Below, in pieces: positions 1 to 6,724 of a stretch of 25,153 nucleotides of DNA. The notes under the pieces were generated by a model, which ran no database searches, was not told the DNA's origin, and saw only the letters and a list, made by a program, of their open reading frames with translations. Each line of letters starts with the position of its first letter. Positions within the stretch are counted from its first letter, which is position 1. The DNA is from a virus (taxonomy: Duplodnaviria > Caudoviricetes): positions 1-25,153 of IMG/VR virus record IMGVR_UViG_3300031162_001157, one strand, 5' to 3'. Both the position numbers and the translations under genes were made by a program.

Positions 1-44
1 CAACAACCAGAATTCCATTGGTTTGGCTTATAAAAATGAATCAT
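1..44 (-). CDS. 5' fragment of a hypothetical protein running off the window edge (MIHFYKPNQWNSGC...)
   Basis: ATG at 44-42 on the minus strand, open to position 1, 12 nt downstream of a TATAAT box. Only 14 codons are visible. Confidence 0.55.
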   Translation of the reverse strand, partial: MIHFYKPNQWNSGC

Positions 45-47
45 AAA

Positions 48-75
48 CTACGTTTTATTATAATAAAAAACGCAG
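48..75. repeat. Imperfect inverted repeat with a perfect 16-bp palindromic core (TTTTATTATAATAAAA, 53-68); possible terminator hairpin or operator
   Basis: Plus strand reads ctacgttttattataataaaaaacgcag. On the minus-strand RNA the arms CUGCGUUUU/AAAACGUAG pair with one G-U, followed by UUUA. It sits immediately after the dnaE stop. Confidence 0.55.
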
Positions 76-84
76 TTAATTCAA
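57..84 (-). promoter_or_regulatory. Putative sigma70-type promoter TTGAAT-N16-TATAAT
   Basis: On the minus strand, TTGAAT at 84-79 and TATAAT at 62-57, at the dnaE 3' end and in the gap before the ATG at 44. Confidence 0.5.
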
Positions 85-2736
85 ATTTTTCTCATCATTT
101 CTAAGCTGTCCGAGTTTCATATATATTTTAGAGTCTTGGACAGTTACGAAGTCAGCAAATACTCCATCGTCAGACTTCATCCCCTTAACAATTACTATAT
201 TCTTTTTCGTTGGAAGTGAGCCACGGTTGTCGGATATACAGTCAGAGATTGCGTCTCGTCTCTTATTTTTAAATAATAAGACATCCATAGTATCGGTCTC
301 ATCGCCTATCTCGAACTTAACATACTCGTTGCCGCTTTTGGAAACTTTTACCCCTGTGCAGTCTTTGATTGTACCTACGAAATAAACTCTCGTTTTCGGT
401 CTGGCAGCCCTGACTTCAGAAACCAATCTTAAATCTGTGTTTCTGTTAATAAATATATCTCTAAGAAAAACTCCGTGGGTATATCCCAGCAGCTCATTTT
501 CGTAATACCAGTTGGCAAAAGACTCATTTTTATGATTTATATCATAGATGGTCTTATAAGGCATAAATTTACCTCTGAGAGTTTCGATTCTAGAATCTTT
601 AATATATCTCTTGCCTTCATCGTCGACCTTCACTTTCATTTGGTTTAGGACGTTAACTAGATCGTCATTACCCATATCGGCAAACTTAAGAGCTATAATC
701 CTCTCTCTAGGAGTCAATATTTTCCAAAGCTGACATTCAAGTACGAGTTTACTTCGGCTATACTTGTCTCCCATGTCCAAAGCTCCTGCTTGAATAAGCG
801 CAGATAGAACGCCTAAATTTATGCCCGCTTCCGTGGAAGCTTGAAAAACTTGGAACTTGTTAGAAGCGCAGCTCTTAAAATGGCTGAGTTTAGTTAGCGA
901 CGAGTTTGAGATACCCTTTATCGACGACAAGCCAAACCTAATGTTATCTCCTTCGATAGAGAAATCATCTTTTGACTTTAGAATATCCGGACGCAAAAGC
1001 TCTATATTGAAATGAACTAGCTCTTTCTGGATTTTAGATATTTCTGCTATTGGGTCTGGCTCAAACTTACTCATCTGTAATAAAGCAAGAAAGAACTCTT
1101 TCGGGTAATTAAATTTAAGGTAGACTGTGGCTGCGGCTAAGGCTGCGTAAGCTATCGAATGAGATTTATTAAAAGAATAATTAGCTGAGTCTTCTAAAAT
1201 TTGCCAAAGGACATCGCCAACTTCTTTATCGAGATTATTCTCCTTTATCTTGTCCTTAATCTTCTTCTTCCACTTCTTAACTTCGTTTACCTTCTTCTTA
1301 CCAACGATACGTCGTAGCAGCTCTGCTTCGTCAAGCGTAAACCCGACTTTGTGAGCCATTTTCATCATCTGCTCTTGGTAAAGACAAACACCTCCAGTAG
1401 TTCCTAAGATGTCGTCAAAGAATGGATGTATGACGTCGTAGCTATCATTATTAGTATAATTAGCGTACTGATCAGTGAACTGCATAGCTCCCGGCCTAGC
1501 CAAAGCTAATACAGCGCTAAGTTCTTCTAGACTCTTTGGTTTTACTTTTTTGCAGACTTCGTAGTTTGCTCTAGCTTCAACTTGGAAAATGCCTTGTGGT
1601 TGTTTTAGGTCGTAAAGGTTTTGATAAATGCTTTCGTGATCTAGGTCTATATCTTCTACATTTATACCTATAAACTTACAAGCTTGGTCTACAACTGAAA
1701 CAGTTCTCAAGCCAAGAACGTCAAGTTTCACGTTGAACATCTGAGACCAGTCCATATTATAAGAAGATATTTTCTCCTTATCAGAGTCAAGCTCTATCGG
1801 ACAACTTTTAGTTATTTGGTCGTAGGATAACAGGATAGCAGAAGGGTGAACGCCCTTATTTTTCACTAAGCCTTTTATCTTCTGTGCTGTTTTATAAGTC
1901 CTTGGATTAGAGTCACACCAGTCCCTAAACTCGTTTACTTCTTCGTAGGCCTCAGATATATCTTTTACCTGTCCAAAAACTTTCGGTATCATAGCAGAAA
2001 CATGATTCATTTCTGTCTCTGATTTATCCTCGACAGTTTTGCCGCACTCCTTCATTACCAGCTTGCCGCTGAGAGTGTTTAGAGTCCTTATTTTAGAAGT
2101 CTTGCCTTGGAATTCTTCTTCTAGATATTTGAGAACGTCTTTGCGCCTATAATAGCATACGTCCATATCTATGTCGCACATCAGAGAGCCGTCTAGATAG
2201 GTAACTCCGTCAACAACTTTTTTCTTAGCACGAATCTTTGAAACAAATCTCTCAAAAAATAGATCGTATTTGACCGAATCTATTTTAGTAACTCCCAGCA
2301 AGTACAAAACGAAACTGCCAGCGGCCGAGCCACGTCCCAAACCTACTGGAATATCTGAGACATTACAAAAATGTATTACTTTCCAGACTAAAAGTATATA
2401 ATCTACGAACCCTAAATCTTTTAATATCTCTAATTCGTAGTATATTCTGTCTACATACTTCTTATGTTTTTCGGTCCCTCGCTTTATATCTAGCTTTTTA
2501 AAGCCTTTTTGGCAGAGGGCAATAAGAAAATCGTAGGTATTTTTTACCTTCTCTGGGTTATCTATTAGTTCTAGATAATCCTCTTGGATTTGAAACTTGG
2601 GTAATCTAACCCCATGAATGTCCAAGCCAAGATTCTTGAAGCTATCAAAACTACTCTTTCTTTTTTCTGGGCCTGCCTCGCTTTTTCTTTGCTGGCTTGG
2701 GCGGCTCTGACTTTTGCTCTCCTTTACTGTCTCCAT
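76..2736 (-). CDS. dnaE: DNA polymerase III alpha subunit (family C), catalytic core lacking the N-terminal PHP domain
   Basis: Motifs GRGSAAGS, LFFERF, catalytic MCDIDMD (canonical PDIDxD), KLDVLGL, YQEQ, YSFNKSHSIAY, HhH region IRFGLSSIKGI/LIQAGALD and a C-terminal OB fold. The start is uncertain: ATG 2736 overlaps the upstream ORF by 86 nt, and in-frame TTG 2625 is an alternative. Confidence 0.95.
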   Translation of the reverse strand: METVKESKSQSRPSQQRKSEAGPEKRKSSFDSFKNLGLDIHGVRLPKFQIQEDYLELIDNPEKVKNTYDFLIALCQKGFKKLDIKRGTEKHKKYVDRIYYELEILKDLGFVDYILLVWKVIHFCNVSDIPVGLGRGSAAGSFVLYLLGVTKIDSVKYDLFFERFVSKIRAKKKVVDGVTYLDGSLMCDIDMDVCYYRRKDVLKYLEEEFQGKTSKIRTLNTLSGKLVMKECGKTVEDKSETEMNHVSAMIPKVFGQVKDISEAYEEVNEFRDWCDSNPRTYKTAQKIKGLVKNKGVHPSAILLSYDQITKSCPIELDSDKEKISSYNMDWSQMFNVKLDVLGLRTVSVVDQACKFIGINVEDIDLDHESIYQNLYDLKQPQGIFQVEARANYEVCKKVKPKSLEELSAVLALARPGAMQFTDQYANYTNNDSYDVIHPFFDDILGTTGGVCLYQEQMMKMAHKVGFTLDEAELLRRIVGKKKVNEVKKWKKKIKDKIKENNLDKEVGDVLWQILEDSANYSFNKSHSIAYAALAAATVYLKFNYPKEFFLALLQMSKFEPDPIAEISKIQKELVHFNIELLRPDILKSKDDFSIEGDNIRFGLSSIKGISNSSLTKLSHFKSCASNKFQVFQASTEAGINLGVLSALIQAGALDMGDKYSRSKLVLECQLWKILTPRERIIALKFADMGNDDLVNVLNQMKVKVDDEGKRYIKDSRIETLRGKFMPYKTIYDINHKNESFANWYYENELLGYTHGVFLRDIFINRNTDLRLVSEVRAARPKTRVYFVGTIKDCTGVKVSKSGNEYVKFEIGDETDTMDVLLFKNKRRDAISDCISDNRGSLPTKKNIVIVKGMKSDDGVFADFVTVQDSKIYMKLGQLRNDEKNLN

Positions 2737-2926
2737 CTTCTTCTAGTATATCCTCTAATCTATCTCTTAAAACCTTTAAAGTCTCTTTACTTTCTTTCTC
2801 GAACCGGTAGAAAAAATCTAACTTGTCCTGCTTGTCACCTTTTCTGAGAATTATTATAGCGTAATCTACATCAGCTTCTTCTGAAAGCTTTTCAATTAAA
2901 TCGTATGCAAAGTCCATGCTGGGCAT
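2651..2926 (-). CDS. Small hypothetical protein with an acidic body and a basic C-terminal AT-hook-like motif (KRGRPRK)
   Basis: 91-aa ORF preceded by a TATAAT box. It ends in PPKPAKKKRGRPRKKKE. Confidence 0.7.
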   Translation of the reverse strand: MPSMDFAYDLIEKLSEEADVDYAIIILRKGDKQDKLDFFYRFEKESKETLKVLRDRLEDILEEDGDSKGEQKSEPPKPAKKKRGRPRKKKE

Positions 2927-2932
2927 ACATTT

Positions 2933-2961
2933 ATTATACGCTTAAATTTTGCTCATTTCTA
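2933..2961 (-). promoter_or_regulatory. Putative promoter TAGAAA-N17-TATAAT, 6 nt upstream of ATG 2926
   Basis: Perfect TATAAT at 2938-2933 in a 15-nt intergenic gap; weak -35 (4/6) at 2961-2956. Confidence 0.5.
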
Positions 2962-3589
2962 ATTTTAATTTTCTCCAAACTTTTAAGTTTAGCTCTAAAT
3001 CGTTTATTGCGTCATGCAGGGTCGCATAGTTGTGTTCGATATTATAGTATTTACCCAGTTCAGAAAGAGACGCTCTTACGCCTTTTACCCTGTGACTTAA
3101 TAGTCTATACTGATACTCAAAAAAGTTTTCTTCCTGTTTTTTGAAGTAATGCTCTGACCTAATCCCTCTGCCAACTGACAGGGTGTCTATGCACTTTTTA
3201 AACAAGTGATTGTAAGGTTTGCCATGCATCTTGCACCAATCTCTAATGAGGTACATATCGAATCCCAATATGTGGTGTCCTACTATATAATCACAGTTGT
3301 CTAGCCATTCATAAACGGTAGGGAATATTTCCGACTCATCTCTGGCTAGTTTATTAAACTTCTTTTTATCAAACCGAGTAATTCTAGCCGCCTCTTCAGA
3401 GATGCTTAGGTCACAGTCCCATTTGACCATCTCGTCGAACTTATCAACGATTCTGTCCTTGTTGACGACTTTAATCATGCCAACCTGCCAAGGCCGGTTA
3501 TTATAGAAGTTTAAGTTTACATTGAAAGTCTCCAAGTCCATGAAAACTAACTCCTGTTTAAAATCGTTCTTGAAAAAGTTGTTATCCAT
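2942..3589 (-). CDS. DEDDh 3'-5' exonuclease, DnaQ/Pol III epsilon-like
   Basis: ExoI FMDLETF, ExoII VGHHILGFD, CIDTL and ExoIII HDAIND are all present. Confidence 0.9.
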   Translation of the reverse strand: MDNNFFKNDFKQELVFMDLETFNVNLNFYNNRPWQVGMIKVVNKDRIVDKFDEMVKWDCDLSISEEAARITRFDKKKFNKLARDESEIFPTVYEWLDNCDYIVGHHILGFDMYLIRDWCKMHGKPYNHLFKKCIDTLSVGRGIRSEHYFKKQEENFFEYQYRLLSHRVKGVRASLSELGKYYNIEHNYATLHDAINDLELNLKVWRKLKLEMSKI

Positions 3590-4076
3590 TTAATTGACTC
3601 ACTGGTAGATTATAACAATCAGCTTTAAAGTAAAAGCTTTTAGTGCGAGGTGACTCTGGGTCGTAATCGCCTTCTTTGTAAAACTTGGCTTTCTGATAAA
3701 ATGTAGCTTTATCTATTTTACCAAGATACCAAGCGTAGCTCAAGTCCTTCATTACGCTAACGAAAACATACTCGTCGCAATCTTGGTTAGGGTTAAAATC
3801 TGCCACCGTGCAGTTGTAGTTTAGACGAGGGGGAACAGTTCTCTCTTTAGTCTTTACATCAACAGTAAAATGGCCAGAGCAAGGGTTATGATATACTAAA
3901 TCGTAATCGTAGGTGTCCTTTATTTCTCCGCCTAGAACGTACTTGGCAACTTCTTCGCCAATGTAGGCTACTAATGCGCCTTCGCCTTTTCTAATAGAGT
4001 TATTAAGAAGGGGTAGCTTGTCTGCCCTTGCTTGCGCCCTGTCGATTACTTGTTGTGATAGTTTAAACGGTCTCAT
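3582..4076 (-). CDS. Hypothetical protein, probable PD-(D/E)XK restriction-endonuclease-like fold
   Basis: IGEE...YDYDL...VDVKT matches the E...D...(D/E)xK layout. I prefer ATG 4076 over the TTG at 4088 as the start. Confidence 0.55.
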   Translation of the reverse strand: MRPFKLSQQVIDRAQARADKLPLLNNSIRKGEGALVAYIGEEVAKYVLGGEIKDTYDYDLVYHNPCSGHFTVDVKTKERTVPPRLNYNCTVADFNPNQDCDEYVFVSVMKDLSYAWYLGKIDKATFYQKAKFYKEGDYDPESPRTKSFYFKADCYNLPVSQLNG

Positions 4077-4839
4077 ACCAACTCTCAAAACTAAATTCGT
4101 TTGAACACATATGATCGAAGTTAGGTTTGGCTAAAGTTCTTTTTGCTCTGCCGGGGGCGGAGTCAGAGATACATCTAAAAGTAAGATAGGCTGGGAAGTC
4201 CTTCTTATTCTTATAATAAATACTCTTAACCTCTTTAGTTTCGTACTTATCTTTACAGTAGGATAAAACGTGCTCCCTCAAACAATCATCAAAAGGCAGG
4301 TCGTTACTTTCTAATAAAAAAACAGGATTTAATCTAGAAAAATCCGGTATAATATTACTCATCCTAAATTTGTTTTTATGTATAAAGGAATCGTAAAATG
4401 GAACAGCATACAATAAATCTTTATCGTCCCAAAACTTATCTAAAGATTTATAATCAATCCTAGGTACATAATAAAAGCCTTCAGTAGAAGCGGTCGAAGA
4501 TATGTCTAGAAGTCTCTCATAGCCAGATTTATTCTTGCAAAACAATATACATTTAGATTCTAAATAGTCGCTACTCTTATCTTTAAAGTTTATATCCTCG
4601 CAGATACTTAGACGAAGGCCAAATCTCAACTGCATCTTAGCTTCTTTAGCGTTATGATAAGCCTCCATGAAGCCTGTCATGCTGTCGTCAACTAGATAAA
4701 AGCTATCGAGCTTAGCTTGTGAACATATGTCTATTATCGAGTCAGGTCCAGACTCATCAGACGAACCCAATGAGTTTAGAGTAAGTATTGATTTACCTAT
4801 GCTGTAGTGGGATTTGAATAGAGGGGTGACCTCGTTCAT
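4063..4839 (-). CDS. Stand-alone PHP domain homologous to the DnaE N-terminus, metal ligands degenerate
   Basis: PLFKSHYS (cf. HLHxHTxYS), LVDDSMTGF (cf. ITDHxxxxG), FGLRLSI, ILFCKNKSGYERL (cf. HLxLLAKNxxGYxNL) and GFYYVPRID are DnaE-PHP hallmarks. I moved the start to ATG 4839 because the track's TTG at 4875 is the -35 box of a promoter. Confidence 0.88.
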   Translation of the reverse strand: MNEVTPLFKSHYSIGKSILTLNSLGSSDESGPDSIIDICSQAKLDSFYLVDDSMTGFMEAYHNAKEAKMQLRFGLRLSICEDINFKDKSSDYLESKCILFCKNKSGYERLLDISSTASTEGFYYVPRIDYKSLDKFWDDKDLLYAVPFYDSFIHKNKFRMSNIIPDFSRLNPVFLLESNDLPFDDCLREHVLSYCKDKYETKEVKSIYYKNKKDFPAYLTFRCISDSAPGRAKRTLAKPNFDHMCSNEFSFESWYETV

Positions 4840-4846
4840 AAGGCGA

Positions 4847-4875
4847 ATTGTACTAGAGTTCTGCCCTCGTGTCAA
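4847..4875 (-). promoter_or_regulatory. Near-consensus sigma70 promoter TTGACA-N17-TACAAT, 7 nt upstream of ATG 4839 (leaderless arrangement)
   Basis: Minus strand reads TTGACA cgagggcagaactctag TACAAT tcgcctt ATG. Confidence 0.85.
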
Positions 4876-5852
4876 GAAAAAATATCTAAGTATTCGTCGC
4901 TACCAGCGTGCCTTGGGCAGCCTTCATATTTTTCTTTTACTATCTTCTGACTTTTTTCCTTTATGGCTTCCAACTCTTCCTTCTTAAAACTGGAACTTAT
5001 TTGATTCCCATCTTTATCTTTTAAAGAATAGTAGTCGTAAGCATCAATGTAAGGGCAACGCCATTTACCTACTTTGCACATCCAAGAATTCTTTTTGGTG
5101 TCAGCGGCGTAATTGCATTTAGCGTCGTCTTCTGTATAATTATTTATCTTATGAAAAGCGTAAGATAAATAATACTCGAACCCCTTTAGTTGCTCTTCTG
5201 TAAATTCAACTTGTTGAACAGGGCTTTTAGGAAATCTTAAAAATAAAAATTCTGCGGTAGGCTTAAACCCCGGCCAATGTTTTTTAGCGGCCAAAGTATA
5301 GGTCATGGCTTGAACGTTTGAATGGAGTTCCTCGCCTCTAAATTTATATTTGCTACTTTTATAGTCTACAATTTTTACTTTTTTACCACGTTTATAAACT
5401 ATAGGTTTATCAATGAAGCCTCTTATTTTATAAGGAGGGTCTTCTCCTTCCAACAGAAACTCCAGCTCTGGATTGTCGACCTTACCGCCCCATCCAAAGA
5501 AGTCATACTTTAAGCCGACCATAATCATATCCCAAACTAACTCCGTATTCTCTTCGTTAGTCATGGGCAAATCGGAAGACTTCTCCATTTGGCGTAGGTG
5601 CTTCATCACGAGTCTTACGATAGCGGGGCTTCCGTCAATGGTGTTAGCCTTGATTATGGCGTCATAGTGCTTCTTATGCTTTTTCTTCACAAGCATTTCA
5701 AAAACTAAATGGCACACAGTACCTCGCTGTGCGCCTTCATTTTGCTTTTGAGGGACTTTTAAGTGATAATTGCACCAATAAGACCAAGAGCAAGTCTCTA
5801 ACGTCTTAAGCCTCGATGCGGAAAGGACTCTTTCTTTTATCTGTTTCGCCAT
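4872..5852 (-). CDS. RecB/AddB/Cas4-like PD-(D/E)XK nuclease with probable Fe-S cysteines
   Basis: LSASRL..C start, GTVCH, RGFIDK, IVDYKS, QAMTY (QxxxY), and C-terminal cysteines in WMC...RCP...GCP. Confidence 0.85.
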   Translation of the reverse strand: MAKQIKERVLSASRLKTLETCSWSYWCNYHLKVPQKQNEGAQRGTVCHLVFEMLVKKKHKKHYDAIIKANTIDGSPAIVRLVMKHLRQMEKSSDLPMTNEENTELVWDMIMVGLKYDFFGWGGKVDNPELEFLLEGEDPPYKIRGFIDKPIVYKRGKKVKIVDYKSSKYKFRGEELHSNVQAMTYTLAAKKHWPGFKPTAEFLFLRFPKSPVQQVEFTEEQLKGFEYYLSYAFHKINNYTEDDAKCNYAADTKKNSWMCKVGKWRCPYIDAYDYYSLKDKDGNQISSSFKKEELEAIKEKSQKIVKEKYEGCPRHAGSDEYLDIFS

Positions 5853-6724
5853 TCTAAAATTTCTTTTTTACTCATACAACCAAAGTCGTTTTTACAAGGC
5901 AACTTTACCGTAACTGATTGGTCGTCAAAGTGTTTAACTAGTAACTTCCTCATACCGTAGGCAGCTTTATTACCCGCCTGCCCTTGCTCATCATTATTCA
6001 GAGCTACAACTATTCTGTCAGGGTCGAGTTTCAAAATACAAGCTAGTAAGTGAGAGCTGAGCCTTAAACCAAAGGTGACAACTACGTTCTTGATACCAGC
6101 CTCCCACAAAGCTAACATATCGCCAATACTTTCTACAAGTATAACTTCTTTCTTATCTTTTATCAAATTATAATTATAAGCAAGAGGATAGCCCCATTTA
6201 GAAGTCGGGCCTTTATGCTTCCATTTTATAGGGCTTTTGTTCGTGGTATCTCTAGCTGTAGCTCCTATTAAAGTATCCCTGCTGTTAAAGATGGGAAACA
6301 CATATCTGCCGTAGAACTCTCCTTGAGTAGCTTTGCCTCCATTAAATATAGAGAGTGTTTCGGGGCTTATTCCTCTGTCTCCCCAATAAGAATAGTCTTC
6401 TACTAAATTAGAAATAATTTCCTTAGAGAGAGCTTTGACGTGCTCTAGCTTGGCTTCTTCTCTCTTAGGTTTAACAAATTTATACTTTGTAAGTATGATA
6501 TCTCTGGCCTGCTCTATATTTGAAAGCCCGAGAGTCATTCTTACTAATTCTTCGAATGGGCCAGACTTGCACTCTTTAAAATCAGTCCACCATCCAGTAT
6601 CCTTATAAACTCTTAAAACAGAATTATTGTCAGAGTCACGATACAAGGGAGACATTCTAAACTCTCTGCCGTGATCTTGGAGCCTGTACCCCAAATCTAT
6701 CAAAACATCTCTTATGTCAGCCAT
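5837..6724 (-). CDS. DnaG-like primase (Toprim domain), degenerate zinc-ribbon, no C-terminal helicase-binding domain
   Basis: YWGDRGIS, GRYVFPI, IGATAR, KWKH, Toprim ILVESIGDMLAL and ALNND, and KNDFG. It directly follows dnaB. Confidence 0.85.
   Translation of the reverse strand: MADIRDVLIDLGYRLQDHGREFRMSPLYRDSDNNSVLRVYKDTGWWTDFKECKSGPFEELVRMTLGLSNIEQARDIILTKYKFVKPKREEAKLEHVKALSKEIISNLVEDYSYWGDRGISPETLSIFNGGKATQGEFYGRYVFPIFNSRDTLIGATARDTTNKSPIKWKHKGPTSKWGYPLAYNYNLIKDKKEVILVESIGDMLALWEAGIKNVVVTFGLRLSSHLLACILKLDPDRIVVALNNDEQGQAGNKAAYGMRKLLVKHFDDQSVTVKLPCKNDFGCMSKKEILEWRNR

Noticed and set aside
2660-2666. dnaX-type slippery heptamer A AAA AAG in frame at the end of the 91-aa ORF, suggesting a programmed frameshift fusion to dnaE
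   Set aside because: dnaE is in the +1 frame relative to this ORF. A -1 shift enters the third frame, which stops after about 30 codons. The heptamer is explained by Arg-Lys-Lys codons.
2737-4062. Intein or self-splicing intron explaining the split dnaE
   Set aside because: There are no intein splice-junction motifs at the PHP end or core start. The interval is fully occupied by overlapping ORFs with no room for structured intron RNA.
4872-5852. CRISPR-Cas system suggested by the Cas4-like nuclease
   Set aside because: No repeat-spacer array or other cas genes are visible in the window, and solo Cas4/AddB-like nucleases are common in phages.
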